Part shown: positions 1-10,445 of the stretch, piece by piece | How positions within the stretch are numbered: position 1 is the stretch's first letter | How the letters are laid out: each line of letters starts with the position of its first letter | The notes under the pieces: generated by a model | Seen by the model: only the letters and a program-made list of their open reading frames with translations | What the model was told of the DNA's origin: nothing | Database searches by the model: none | Translations under genes and position numbers: made by a program | NCBI GenBank assembly: GCA_963922535.1 | Contig: CAWUIN010000002.1 | Span: 16,957 to 80,956, forward strand | Direction: 5' to 3' | Length of the DNA: 64,000 nt | Origin: an uncultured Hyphomicrobiaceae bacterium | Lineage (GTDB): Bacteria; Pseudomonadota; Alphaproteobacteria; Rhizobiales; Hyphomicrobiaceae

Positions 1-1
1 A

Positions 2-490
2 GCGGAATTGCAAGCGCAATCTTGTGCTCTGGGCCTTACTGAACGTATCAACTGGCTCGGTTCGCAGGATCAGTCACGTGTTCTTGAGGCTTATCGAACG
101 TCGGATATCTTTTTACTGCCCTGCCGTATCAGTGCAGACGGCGACCGCGATGGTCTTCCCAATGTTCTGGTGGAAGCCCAAAGCCAGGGGCTGGCTTGTA
201 TCTCAACGCCTATTTCTGCCATTCCGGAACTTATCGATAGGGAAGAACGGGGGCTTCTTGTCCCACCAAACGATCCAACAGCACTCGCTGCTGCGATCGT
301 AAAACTGTCCCGCGATCCTGATTTGCGGGACAAAATCGGGCGTGCCGGTGCAGCGCGTGTGCGTGATGCGTTCGACTACCATGCAGGTATCAAGCAGCTG
401 GATGCACTGTTTAAGACCGCCACGACCGGCGGCCAGGTGCAAGCCGACGCTGAAATGGCAGCAGCAGCGCCAGCCGGAGCTACACGGTGA
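2..490 (+). CDS. glycosyltransferase, GT-B fold (GT1/GT4-like), C-terminal part; the 5' end lies outside the window
   Basis: The frame is open to the window edge. The sequence ..DGLPNVLVEAQSQGLACISTPISAIPELI..GLLVPPNDP.. is the typical C-terminal sugar-donor domain of group-1 glycosyltransferases. Confidence 0.75.
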   Translation, partial: AELQAQSCALGLTERINWLGSQDQSRVLEAYRTSDIFLLPCRISADGDRDGLPNVLVEAQSQGLACISTPISAIPELIDREERGLLVPPNDPTALAAAIVKLSRDPDLRDKIGRAGAARVRDAFDYHAGIKQLDALFKTATTGGQVQADAEMAAAAPAGATR

Positions 491-1626
491 GAGCGCGTGT
501 TCTTTTTTACGTGCTTCATCTGCAGGGTATTGGTCATGTCGTGCGTGCATCGCGCATTGCCAGCTATCTGGCCGCCAATGGTTTTGCCGTAACGCTTATC
601 ATGGGCGGTATGCCGTTAGAGGCGTTCCAACCAAGTAACGTGGATATCGTACAATTACCGCCGCTGCGTATGGCAAAGCACAGCTATCGTGATCTCCTGA
701 AGGCGGACGGCAGCCCGATTGACGAGGCCTATAAGGCTCAGCGTTTTGTGCAGCTGCGGGCAGCGCTTGCACGATCGTCTCCGGACATTGTGATGATCGA
801 GGCCTATCCGTTTGACCGCCCGCAAATGCATTTCGAGCTTGTTCCGTTTCTGGATATGGTGCAAGGCTTGTCGCCTCGGCCTGTCATTATCTCGTCGGTG
901 CGCGACATTTTGCAGAAAAAAGACAAGCCGGAGCGTGACGATACAGCGTTGGAGCGGCTGCAGACGTATTTTGATCGTGTTCTGGTACATGGCGACCCCC
1001 GCCTTGCAACGCTGGCGGAAACATTCCGGCATGCAGATAAAATTGCAGACATGGTCCATTATACTGGCATCGTTGCGCCACCGCCTTTTACGCCATTGCA
1101 GAAGCCGGTTTACGATGTTGTCGTGACCGCCGGAGGCGGCACGACAGCAAAGGCTATACTTGCCGCAGCAATAGCAGCAAAGCCTCATTCGCCTTTGGCC
1201 CGTGCACGTTGGGTTGTCACGCTGGGCCATAACGTTGATCGGGCAACCATGAGAGACGTGCAGACAGCAGGGAAGCGATCGGGCGTTGAGGTTGTGGATT
1301 TTCTGCCTGAAATGGCGCGTCATTTCCTAACGGCGAAGTTGGCAATTTCGCAGTGTGGTTATAATACAACCGTGGATCTGCTACGTGCAGGTTGTACTGT
1401 GGTGCTGTGCCCCTATGCCGGGATTAAGCAGAATGAACAGTTGCACCGTGCCGAACTTTTGGCGGCGCGTGGTCTGGCGGTCATGGTGCGGGAAGACGAA
1501 CTTACACCTGCAACGCTTAATGCAGGCATTGAGAGAGCTCTGGTTCTGCCGCGGCACTCCCTGGACATCAACATGGCAGGTGCCTCCAATACGGCAATAC
1601 TGCTGAAAAAGTTTCTGGCCGTATGA
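487..1626 (+). CDS. predicted glycosyltransferase (GT28/MurG-like C-terminal domain family)
   Basis: 379-aa ORF. Its GTG start overlaps the upstream stop (GTGA at 487-490). It has a Rossmann-like N-terminus (RVLFYVLHLQGIGHVVR) and the C-terminal half resembles the GT28 C-domain (..ISQCGYNTTVDLL..). Confidence 0.6.
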   Translation: MRARVLFYVLHLQGIGHVVRASRIASYLAANGFAVTLIMGGMPLEAFQPSNVDIVQLPPLRMAKHSYRDLLKADGSPIDEAYKAQRFVQLRAALARSSPDIVMIEAYPFDRPQMHFELVPFLDMVQGLSPRPVIISSVRDILQKKDKPERDDTALERLQTYFDRVLVHGDPRLATLAETFRHADKIADMVHYTGIVAPPPFTPLQKPVYDVVVTAGGGTTAKAILAAAIAAKPHSPLARARWVVTLGHNVDRATMRDVQTAGKRSGVEVVDFLPEMARHFLTAKLAISQCGYNTTVDLLRAGCTVVLCPYAGIKQNEQLHRAELLAARGLAVMVREDELTPATLNAGIERALVLPRHSLDINMAGASNTAILLKKFLAV

Positions 1627-1770
1627 AATCCAGTTCCAGACAATCGCTTACAAAATTCATAAAAAATTTTCAAATAAAGCGATAGAATAAACGATCAATT
1701 AGTCTTTTACGGTAAAGATTAGTCTGGGAGACGGCTGTTTCCGGATGCAGCACGGTGTGTGTGAAAGGTA

Positions 1771-3366
1771 TTGCAGAGGTTGGTTAACCAGATTTCACAA
1801 CCTGCACAGTACGATTCAGGTGCTCAGAAAAGATACTATCGTGAGCAATGCAGACGTGCGCCTTCTTCGAACGTGACGGTGCGTGATGTGCGCAAACGTT
1901 TTGCGCAAGAGGAACGGCGTGTACCGGAGTTGCAGTATGAACTTGTGTCCATGTTTGTGCGCAATGAACTTTCGGCGCAATGGACCCTGCTGGTTCTTGC
2001 CATTATTTTTTCACTCGCATCCATGTTCTGGGCGTCAGAGCAACAGGCACTCATTTGGCTTATTGCGATCGTCACAGCAAAAATTGTGCTGTTAGAAGTG
2101 TGCCGCAAGTTTATAGTAACACCGCGCGAGGAGGTTAATGTCAAAGTCTGGTATTGGCGTCTGTTTACGGCAGAGGCTTGTTGTGGCTTTGCGTGGGCTG
2201 GGTTTGCCTTAGTGGGTATCGGCGAGGACAGCAGTAATCAGAGTTACGTATACTCATCACACGTTTTTTTATTCGCTTCTTTGATTGTTGTGCTTGCGAT
2301 CCGCATGACATTTGCTTCGACGTTGCTGCCAATTCTCTATGTCGGAACGGTACCGATGACGCTTGCTGTCGTTGGACGCTTGTTTTTGCAGCAGGATTTT
2401 TTCTATGTGGCTTTGGCCTCCATGGCGGTTGCAGTTCATCTTTATTTCATCTTTCTTGCGAAGGGGCTGCAAGCCACAGCATGCTCAATGCTGGAATACC
2501 GCCTGCAAAAGGATATTCTGATTGCGGAACTGGCCGAGGCGAAGTTAATTTCGGACGAAGCGCGACGCCGTGCAGAAAATGCCAACCTTGCAAAATCGCA
2601 GTTTCTGGCAACCATGAGCCACGAGTTGCGTACTCCGCTTAATGCTGTGTTAGGTTTTTCCGAAGTGATGAAGAACGAAGTTCTGGGGCCATTGGAAAAT
2701 AAGCGTTACCACGAATATGTCCAAAATATTCACACCAGCGGTGCGCATCTGCTGAATTTGATCAACGAAATTCTAGATCTGTCGCGCATTGAAGCGGGCA
2801 AATATGAATTGCACGAACACCCTGTGCGTATCGTTGATGTTCTGGACGACAGCTGCAGCCTGCTTAAACTGCGCGCTGAAACGAAGGGGCTGGAGCTGAT
2901 TGAGCTTTACGATGCAACACTTCCCGCATTGTGGGCCGATGAGCGGTCACTGCGGCAAATCTGCCTTAATCTGATTTCCAATGCGATTAAGTTCACGCCG
3001 CGTGGCGGGTCGATCACCTTGATTGTGAAAGCGAACGCAGACGGTGAGCAGGTTTTGTCAATCCGTGATACAGGTCCTGGTATTCCAGAACATGAAATCC
3101 CCAAGGTTATGGAAGCTTTCGGTCAGGGTTCACTGGCGCAAAAAACCGCCGAGGGCGGCACTGGTCTTGGCCTGCCTATCGTGCGCAAACTTATCGAGTT
3201 GCATGGTGGGCGTTTTGAATTGAAGTCAAAATTGCGCAAAGGCACCGAAGTGACAGCCTTTTTCCCGCGCAATCGCATTATAAAACTATCTGGCGATGCT
3301 GAGGTGAAAACAGTTACGGGGCTGTGCATGGGAAAACGCAAACCTCAGTACACCCATCAAAGCTGA
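1771..3366 (+). CDS. membrane-bound sensor histidine kinase
   Basis: Shows an H-box (ATMSHELRTPLNAVLGFSEVM), N-box (NLISNAIKFTPRGG), G1 (IRDTGPGIP) and G2 (GGTGLGLPIV). The N-terminal half has several hydrophobic segments. The longest ORF starts at TTG, so the true start is uncertain. Confidence 0.85.
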   Translation: MQRLVNQISQPAQYDSGAQKRYYREQCRRAPSSNVTVRDVRKRFAQEERRVPELQYELVSMFVRNELSAQWTLLVLAIIFSLASMFWASEQQALIWLIAIVTAKIVLLEVCRKFIVTPREEVNVKVWYWRLFTAEACCGFAWAGFALVGIGEDSSNQSYVYSSHVFLFASLIVVLAIRMTFASTLLPILYVGTVPMTLAVVGRLFLQQDFFYVALASMAVAVHLYFIFLAKGLQATACSMLEYRLQKDILIAELAEAKLISDEARRRAENANLAKSQFLATMSHELRTPLNAVLGFSEVMKNEVLGPLENKRYHEYVQNIHTSGAHLLNLINEILDLSRIEAGKYELHEHPVRIVDVLDDSCSLLKLRAETKGLELIELYDATLPALWADERSLRQICLNLISNAIKFTPRGGSITLIVKANADGEQVLSIRDTGPGIPEHEIPKVMEAFGQGSLAQKTAEGGTGLGLPIVRKLIELHGGRFELKSKLRKGTEVTAFFPRNRIIKLSGDAEVKTVTGLCMGKRKPQYTHQS

Positions 3367-3391
3367 ACGATTTGTATTATAAGAGATGTAG

Positions 3392-4981
3392 TCAGCCAGG
3401 TGCCAGAGAAACGATGTAATTCCATTCCGTATGGCGATACCCCGCATCGCGCAGCACATTCCGCCATGGCGCTTTCAGGATCTGTATTGGCTGTGTCAGG
3501 CCTGCTGCATTCAGGCGTTTGCGCATTGTTTCGCGTGTATCGCGGATGCCATGTTTGCCGCCCACCTGCCATACCACAACGTAAGGTCTGCCGGATAAGC
3601 TCTGCGACCAGGCGGCGCCCAAAGTGGCGAGCCCGCGATGGGAGATCTGCGATGCTGGAAAATACGTGCGCAGGTTGCCGGCGAGATCTACTTCCAGCCC
3701 CACGATTGTACCCTTTTTAAACCCAGTCGAGCGCAACTTTTGAGCCAGTTGGTCATACGGAATGCCCCAGCGGCACAGATTGCAAAATGGCTCCATAATA
3801 AACATATTGGCAGCGCGTCCAGCAAACGCTAATGACAAAATAATCAGCGAAATCAATGTCCAGCGTTGGATTTCAGCGGTACTCGGCTGCAATTGAAAGA
3901 GGAGTGCAAAAAGCAGCACCAGGGTTGGCAGCATGACGGCTAACAGGTCATGGTATGCATATGTCACATGTGAAATTGCAATGCCGGCCACCATCAATAG
4001 TCCATGAACCGCAATAAAGTACCAGCCTATAAACTGCAGGAGCGGTTTTCCTTCCCAGGAAATTTCCACCATTGATGGTGTCGCATAATACTCTGCGATA
4101 CGCTTCCAGGATGCAAGTAGAAGAAACAATAAGAGCGACCAGTAGAAAACGAATGGTGCAGCAAGCGTCTTCTTCACAACGCGCCACAGATTGATTGATG
4201 GATGCGGATGCGTAAACACGGTATGGATGGATGTAAAATAGTTCAGATGCTGAGGGTCGCTGGCAATCCAGGCGATGTGCGGTGCAATGATAAGCATGCA
4301 GATGCAGGCGCTGATAAGAAAGTACATGCCATATAAGCGCACACGCACTTCTTTCACTATAAAGGCCGCAATAAGAAAAGCGCCAATCCCGATGGCAAAG
4401 CTATATTGGGAAAGTAGGCCCGCTCCGCACGCAAGACCAAGGCCGATATAATCGCGGATCCTTCGGTGCTCGACAATGCGCAAGATAAACAAAAAAGATA
4501 AAACCGAACACAGCATCGCAGGAATTAGACCGGTAAAGCCTTCGTGGAACCGCCAGCCGACATGATAGATGAGCGTCATCGCTTCTGCGGTTACCAGCGA
4601 CCATACCGGATTGCGCGTCACTGCGTAGGCGCACCAGAAAAGCACGCCCGCAGTCGCAGTGAACATTGCATATTTGACCAGCTGAAAACTTATGAGATTA
4701 GGGCCTGTAAACAGCTGTACAGCGTATATTAACCAGGTGAATAAAGGCGGTTCGTTTCTGTCATACCCAAACGAGAGATACTGAGTATAAACATTAATGA
4801 GTGGATCGTCTTCTCCCAGATTAGGTGAGGCCAGCAACCGTGCACAAATATGCAAAGTGCTGTAAATCACGACGATAGAAATGGCCAACCAGAAGTAACG
4901 CCACGCCTGCTGGCTCTCATTGTTTTTCGTATGCTTCTGCGTTAACGATCGGGCCGAGAAATCCACGACAGAGCCCCCCAA
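3392..4981 (-). CDS. polytopic membrane glycosyltransferase, GT39/ArnT (PMT_2)-like
   Basis: 529 aa, with more than 10 hydrophobic segments followed by a soluble C-terminal domain. This architecture is typical of ArnT/PMT-family lipid-linked sugar transferases. The start is TTG. The assignment rests on architecture only. Confidence 0.55.
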   Translation of the reverse strand: MGGSVVDFSARSLTQKHTKNNESQQAWRYFWLAISIVVIYSTLHICARLLASPNLGEDDPLINVYTQYLSFGYDRNEPPLFTWLIYAVQLFTGPNLISFQLVKYAMFTATAGVLFWCAYAVTRNPVWSLVTAEAMTLIYHVGWRFHEGFTGLIPAMLCSVLSFLFILRIVEHRRIRDYIGLGLACGAGLLSQYSFAIGIGAFLIAAFIVKEVRVRLYGMYFLISACICMLIIAPHIAWIASDPQHLNYFTSIHTVFTHPHPSINLWRVVKKTLAAPFVFYWSLLLFLLLASWKRIAEYYATPSMVEISWEGKPLLQFIGWYFIAVHGLLMVAGIAISHVTYAYHDLLAVMLPTLVLLFALLFQLQPSTAEIQRWTLISLIILSLAFAGRAANMFIMEPFCNLCRWGIPYDQLAQKLRSTGFKKGTIVGLEVDLAGNLRTYFPASQISHRGLATLGAAWSQSLSGRPYVVVWQVGGKHGIRDTRETMRKRLNAAGLTQPIQILKAPWRNVLRDAGYRHTEWNYIVSLAPG

Positions 4982-5193
4982 AGCTCATTTTCACGTTTCT
5001 CGCAAGGTTATGCCAACGATCTAGGAAAAATGCCATCGCAATAAAGAGTACGATCACACATGATTTTAGAGTGTGACGTATTCAAACGTCTATCCTGTCC
5101 TGTCTTTTTGCTACAACCTGGTTTGCAGCGCAACTGTAATGGGATATGCAGGGTGCAAAATGTACAGTCCATAGGCGAAAATACCCTGACCGA

Positions 5194-5673
5194 CTATTTC
5201 CATTCAATCTTTAAGATCTCGTAGGAGCGCGCGCCTTTCGGGGTTGCAACTTCGACGACATCGCCCTTCTCCTTGCCAATCAAGGCGCGTGCGATCGGCG
5301 ATGTAATGGACACCTTGCCGGCCTTCACATCCGCTTCAAGCTCTCCGACAACCTTATAGGTTACTTCTTCCTCGGTATCCTCGTCGATCAAAGTCAACGT
5401 TGCACCGAATTTCACGGTACTGCCGGACATGCTTGTGGGATCGACAACATCGGCGCGTCCAAGCTTGTCTTCCAATTCGGCGACCTTGGCTTCGTTGAGC
5501 CCTTGTGCTTCTTTCGCCGCATGATATTCGGCATTTTCAGACAAATCTCCATGCGCGCGCGCCTCGGCAATCGCCTGGACGATGCGCGGACGCTCCTCGG
5601 ATTTAAGGCGATGCAACTCGGCTTCGATTGCCGCATAACCCTCCACCGTCATAGGCACACGTTCCATCGGCAT
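5194..5673 (-). CDS. greA: transcription elongation factor GreA
   Basis: Contains ..[18 protein letters not shown].. in the coiled-coil domain plus a C-terminal FKBP-like domain. An AGGAG sits about 9 nt upstream of the ATG at 5673. Confidence 0.95.
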   Translation of the reverse strand: MPMERVPMTVEGYAAIEAELHRLKSEERPRIVQAIAEARAHGDLSENAEYHAAKEAQGLNEAKVAELEDKLGRADVVDPTSMSGSTVKFGATLTLIDEDTEEEVTYKVVGELEADVKAGKVSITSPIARALIGKEKGDVVEVATPKGARSYEILKIEWK

Positions 5674-5787
5674 CCTTCATATCTCCTCTTGGGTTCGGCT
5701 CTGAAAGCACCAAACTTCTCGTTAGTTTAAGATGGCTCTTGATCTCGGAGGAAAGCCCGTTTTGGGGGCGTTCAGCAGAGGTTGTTG

Positions 5788-8700
5788 TTAAAGCGCGGCT
5801 GTTCCGCGGGCGTAGCTCTGCAATGGTGCAACTCTCATGATATCGGCTTTGAGCGCCTTGATTGCTTGTGTGACAGCCAGAGCACCGGCAAGCGTTGTAT
5901 AATACGGAATATGATTGAGCAAGGCGCTCCGGCGAATGTCTTTTGAGTCTTCAAGCGCCTTTGCACCTTCAGTCGTATTGAAAACAATGGCGATTTCACC
6001 GTTTTTTATAGCATCAACAATGTCGGGACGCCCTTCGAGAACCTTGTTGACAACCTCACATCTCAGGCCGTACTCCTCCAGAAAACGTTTGGTCCCACGT
6101 GTTGCAACAATCGAAAAGCCCATTGCAATAAGCTCACCAGCTGCATCGACGATACCTGTCTTATCGCTATCGCGTACTGAGATGAAGACTTTGCCTGAAA
6201 CGGGAAGGTGCTGGCCTGCGCCAAGCTGCCCTTTGCCAAATGCCATGGCAAAATCCTGGTCAATACCCATGACTTCACCCGTCGAGCGCATCTCTGGCCC
6301 TAAAATAGGATCTACGCCAGGAAAACGAGCAAATGGGAAAACTGCTTCTTTGATCGCAATATGCCCAACCTTGGGTGGATGTAAGCTTAAATCCGCCAAC
6401 TTTTCACCAGCCATAATTCGCGCAGCTAGCCCAGCCACAGGCAAACCGATCACCTTGGCCACGAACGGTATGGTGCGGCTGGCACGTGGATTAACTTCGA
6501 GGATATAGATACTCTTGTCCTTGATTGCAAACTGGATGTTCATCAGCCCGACAACACCAAGCGATAATGCAAGTTTCCTGCTTTGTTTCTCAAGCTTGGA
6601 AATCGTGCTGTCGCTGAGGCTGTGGGGCGGCAATGAACATGCAGAGTCACCAGAGTGTATTCCTGCTTCTTCGATATGTTCCATCACGCCGGCGATGAAA
6701 ACGTCTTCGCCATCACAAAGGCAATCAACGTCGACTTCGATCGCATTCGTCAAATACCGGTCAATTAACAGTGGCCGCTGCTTCGATACAACAAGTTCTG
6801 TGGGATTATCCAGGGTTGCCTGCAGGCGATTGACATAGCGGTCCAGTTCACCTGTGTCGTGGACGATTTCCATTGCACGCCCGCCCAACACATAAGATGG
6901 GCGAATTACAATCGGATAACCAATGGTGTCGGCCTTGGCACGGGCTTCCTGAGGGGAGGCTGCGATCCCGCTTTCCGGTTGTGTCAGTTCCAGTTTCCTG
7001 ATCAGCGCATTAAAGCGGTCACGGTCCTCGGCAAGGTCAATCGCATCAGGCGATGTACCGAGGATTGGAACGCCTGCCTCTTCGAGTGCTGCCGCCAGTT
7101 TCAGCGGTGTCTGACCACCGAACTGAACGATCACGCCTTTAACGGTGCCGCGGGTCTGTTCGGTACGGATGATTTCAAGCACATCCTCCGATGTCAGCGG
7201 CTCAAAATAGAGTCGGTCCGATGTATCGTAATCAGTGGAAACCGTTTCCGGATTGCAATTGACCATAATCGTTTCATAGCCAGCTTCGGATAAAGAGAAA
7301 CAGGCGTGGCAGCAGCAGTAATCGAATTCGATACCCTGTCCGATTCTGTTCGGCCCGCCACCAAGAATGATGATTTTCTCACGCACCGACGGTGCTGCCT
7401 CGCACATCGGTGCATCAACCAGACCGGTTTCATATGTTGAATACATGTAGGCGGTCGGCGATGCGAATTCCGCTGCACAGGTATCGATGCGTTTGAAGAC
7501 GGGGTGCACGCCAGCCACACGCCTTTTTTCCACCACGTCTTTTTTCTCAATCCCCGTTAGCCTGGCAAGACGACCATCGGAAAAGCCCATTGCCTTAAGA
7601 TGGCGCAACAGCATCGGGCTGTCGGGTAGGCCGTGATTGAGCAACCGCGCTTCCATTTCAACAATTTCCAGGATGCGGGCGATGAACCAGGGATCATAAT
7701 GGCAGAATTCCTGGACCTGCTCCGGCTCAAAACCAAGACGCAAGGCCTGTGCTACTTTTAAAAGCCGATCCGGTGCCGGCCGGCTGACGGCGGCGCGCAT
7801 GATGTTGGCATCGTCGCCCTGCCCCAGCCCTTCCAGTTCAATATCGTCAAGGCCTTCAAGCCCTGTCTCCATTGAGCGCAGTGCCTTCTGGAGGCTCTCA
7901 GCGAATGTCCGTCCGATCGCCATAACTTCCCCAACAGACTTCATGGCGGTTGTAAGCGTTGAATCAGCACCGGGGAACTTTTCAAACGCAAAGCGCGGAA
8001 TTTTGGTGACAACATAATCGATTGTCGGTTCAAACGAGGCTGGTGTCGCGCCACCAGTGATATCATTGTCCAATTCATCCAGCGTGTAGCCGACCGCGAG
8101 GCGTGCCGCCACTTTTGCAATCGGGAAACCGGTTGCCTTAGAGGCCAGGGCAGACGACCGCGAAACCCGCGGGTTCATCTCAATGACCACAAGTCTTCCG
8201 TCCTCAGGGTTGATCGCAAACTGTACATTCGAGCCGCCGGTCTCGACGCCGATTTCGCGGAGCACCGCAATCGATGCATCCCGCATGATCTGGTATTCTT
8301 TATCGCTCAGCGTTAAAGCCGGCGCGACCGTAATCGAGTCGCCCGTGTGCACGCCCATGGGATCGATATTTTCGATCGAGCACACAATAATGCAGTTGTC
8401 AGCCTTGTCGCGCACAACCTCCATTTCAAATTCTTTCCAGCCAAGAACACTCTCTTCGACAAGAACCTGGCTGGTCGGGGAAGCATCGAGGCCGCGCTCG
8501 ATAATGTTGGTGTATTCCTGCCGGTTATAGGCAATGCCACCGCCGGTGCCGCCAAGCGTGAAGGACGGACGGATAATAGCTGGCAGCCCAACGACCTCAA
8601 GCGCTGCTATCGCCTCGTTCATGTTGTGCGCAAGAGCGGAGCGTGGCGTCTCGAGGCCGATCTTCTTCATTGCCTCGCGGAACAGCAGGCGATCTTCGGC

Positions 8701-9075
8701 CTTGTCTATCGCCTCGGCATTTGCCCCGATCAGCTCAACTCCGAGAGCCGCCAGAACCCCATTTTTCTGCAGCGCAAGGGCTGTATTGAGCGCCGTTTGC
8801 CCACCCATTGTCGGCAACAGCGCGTCAGGTTTTTCCGCCGCCAGGATCTTGGCCACAACGTCATGGGTGATCGGCTCGATATACGTCGCATCAGCCACGT
8901 CCGGGTCCGTCATGATCGTTGCTGGGTTGGAATTCACCAGAATGATCCGGTAGCCTTCAGCCTTCAGGGCCTTACAGGCCTGAGTTCCTGAATAGTCAAA
9001 TTCGCATGCCTGGCCGATCACAATCGGACCTGCACCAATAATCATGATCGAGGAGATATCAGTGCGTTTTGGCAT
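5788..9075 (-). CDS. carB: carbamoyl-phosphate synthase large subunit
   Basis: The conserved N-terminus [32 protein letters not shown] starts at the ATG at 9075. A second ATP-grasp half is present ([24 protein letters not shown]), followed by a C-terminal MGS-like domain. The 39 codons upstream in the longest ORF are judged non-coding. Confidence 0.97.
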   Translation of the reverse strand: MPKRTDISSIMIIGAGPIVIGQACEFDYSGTQACKALKAEGYRIILVNSNPATIMTDPDVADATYIEPITHDVVAKILAAEKPDALLPTMGGQTALNTALALQKNGVLAALGVELIGANAEAIDKAEDRLLFREAMKKIGLETPRSALAHNMNEAIAALEVVGLPAIIRPSFTLGGTGGGIAYNRQEYTNIIERGLDASPTSQVLVEESVLGWKEFEMEVVRDKADNCIIVCSIENIDPMGVHTGDSITVAPALTLSDKEYQIMRDASIAVLREIGVETGGSNVQFAINPEDGRLVVIEMNPRVSRSSALASKATGFPIAKVAARLAVGYTLDELDNDITGGATPASFEPTIDYVVTKIPRFAFEKFPGADSTLTTAMKSVGEVMAIGRTFAESLQKALRSMETGLEGLDDIELEGLGQGDDANIMRAAVSRPAPDRLLKVAQALRLGFEPEQVQEFCHYDPWFIARILEIVEMEARLLNHGLPDSPMLLRHLKAMGFSDGRLARLTGIEKKDVVEKRRVAGVHPVFKRIDTCAAEFASPTAYMYSTYETGLVDAPMCEAAPSVREKIIILGGGPNRIGQGIEFDYCCCHACFSLSEAGYETIMVNCNPETVSTDYDTSDRLYFEPLTSEDVLEIIRTEQTRGTVKGVIVQFGGQTPLKLAAALEEAGVPILGTSPDAIDLAEDRDRFNALIRKLELTQPESGIAASPQEARAKADTIGYPIVIRPSYVLGGRAMEIVHDTGELDRYVNRLQATLDNPTELVVSKQRPLLIDRYLTNAIEVDVDCLCDGEDVFIAGVMEHIEEAGIHSGDSACSLPPHSLSDSTISKLEKQSRKLALSLGVVGLMNIQFAIKDKSIYILEVNPRASRTIPFVAKVIGLPVAGLAARIMAGEKLADLSLHPPKVGHIAIKEAVFPFARFPGVDPILGPEMRSTGEVMGIDQDFAMAFGKGQLGAGQHLPVSGKVFISVRDSDKTGIVDAAGELIAMGFSIVATRGTKRFLEEYGLRCEVVNKVLEGRPDIVDAIKNGEIAIVFNTTEGAKALEDSKDIRRSALLNHIPYYTTLAGALAVTQAIKALKADIMRVAPLQSYARGTAAL

Positions 9076-9672
9076 ATGATCAACCCTTAATGCTTCGTTC
9101 GTAAATGCTTCGTTCGCGCATATAGCGCGCGCCGTACCGCCGGCCAACAGGCCAGAGTCGTGCTGCGCACATCCGTGTTGTGGTGATGACACTTAAAATT
9201 GCGTACGGGACGTAAACGTCAGCTTCGGGCAAAGTACATTAATCGAGCATAAGCCGTTTGGCTATAGCGCGCACATGAAGCGGTAAACTTATGACGAAGT
9301 ATTCAGTGTATAAGATGTTACTGCATTTTTTCTATGGCACAACTGTCAAGCATCGAGCTGGAGGATAAATATAAATGTTCGTGTTTTGTCTGAATTCTGT
9401 CGCTCTGTCTCCATCGTAATGCATCCATGTTTCATATAGGAAATTATATCACCAGGATAGTCCATGATTTACGGGATGGTAGGCCTGACGAAAAACGCAA
9501 AATTTCAGTTACGCGGTGCGCGTTGTCCGACAATTGTACAAACGATATTGATCGGGTTAAGGTGAAACAATAACTTTCCGTCCCACGACCATAAGCGCTG
9601 CGCCATCGCATGTTTGGCATGGTTTGAAATACACCCGCCGCAAAGCGCGCAACCGACTGGACACTCAAATCC

Positions 9673-10326
9673 ATGATAGACACAACACAATCCCATCTTA
9701 GCATTGCAATCATTCCGGTTACGCCGCTGCAGCAGAACTGCACCATGATCTGGCGCACCTCTGATAAGTTGGGCGCCATTGTCGATCCCGGCGGCGATAT
9801 TGATCATATCATGGAAGCGATCACTGAGAATGACGTCAACGTTGAAAAGATTGTCTTGACCCACGGTCACATAGACCACACCGCTGCCGCCGATGAGTTA
9901 CGCGCGCGCCTTGGCGTCAAGATCGAAGGCCCGCATCCAAGCGATCAGTTCCTACTTGAGGATCTGGAAAGCAAGGCTGCCGCCTACGGCATCGAAGGCG
10001 CCCGCAACGTCACACCCGACCTCTGGCTTAAGGACGGCAATACATGTGCCATGGCTGGCTTTGAGTTTAATGTGCTCCATTGCCCCGGTCATTCGCCCGG
10101 CTCGCTGGTCTACGTCAGCCGCGAACTGAAGTTTGCCATCGTTGGCGATGTGATTTTCAATGGGGCCATTGGCCGCACTGATTTTCCTTATGGCGATCAC
10201 GCAGCACTCATCACGGCCATCAAGACCAAGCTTCTGCCGCTTGGCGATGAAATCAGCTTCATCTGCGGCCACGGCCCCGCCAGCACCTTCGGCCACGAAC
10301 GCGTGAACAATCCATTTCTGAGGTAA
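9673..10326 (+). CDS. MBL-fold metallo-hydrolase (glyoxalase II / YcbL-like)
   Basis: 217 aa with the THGHIDHTAAA (HxHxDH) motif and downstream His/Asp ligands (CPGHSPG, GDVIF..GRTDF). Confidence 0.85.
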   Translation: MIDTTQSHLSIAIIPVTPLQQNCTMIWRTSDKLGAIVDPGGDIDHIMEAITENDVNVEKIVLTHGHIDHTAAADELRARLGVKIEGPHPSDQFLLEDLESKAAAYGIEGARNVTPDLWLKDGNTCAMAGFEFNVLHCPGHSPGSLVYVSRELKFAIVGDVIFNGAIGRTDFPYGDHAALITAIKTKLLPLGDEISFICGHGPASTFGHERVNNPFLR

Positions 10327-10445
10327 TGTTTGGGCGGCAGATGGCAGGACACGATAAAGCACGCATGAGTGTCATTGATCTGCAACACGCTGGAATTAAG
10401 CATATTAAGTGTTCGTAGAAATTGTCACGCCAATAGGAGAACTCA

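Noticed and set aside
5915-8991. Many ORFs of 60-280 aa lie antisense to or overlap long genes. Examples are 5915-6508, 8347-8991 and 8534-8953 in carB, 23268-24113 in glcD, 29867-30523 in nnrD, 38228-38848 in fadJ-like, 42392-43048 in the ABC exporter and 60918-61454 in prmC.
   Set aside because: These are typical shadow ORFs on the opposite strand or in alternative frames of strongly supported genes. Their compositions are Arg/Ser/Ala/Cys-rich, and they lack motifs and start signals.
9076-9192. N-terminal extensions appear in several longest ORFs: carB +39 aa, pccA +35 aa (12204-12308), icd +11 aa (18578-18610), gshA +35 aa (46353-46457), fadE +10 aa, DUF429 +11 aa and rpmJ +22 aa.
   Set aside because: The conserved family N-termini begin at internal ATG codons, often with an SD. 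The extensions have non-protein-like composition and are not part of these well-known proteins.
9375-9419. A 14-codon ORF (MFVFCLNSVALSPS) sits 9 nt behind a strong TGGAGGA in the carB/MBL spacer and could be a leader peptide.
   Set aside because: There is no regulatory-codon enrichment, no obvious attenuator structure downstream, and it lies about 250 nt from the nearest gene start. It is mentioned only within the spacer finding.
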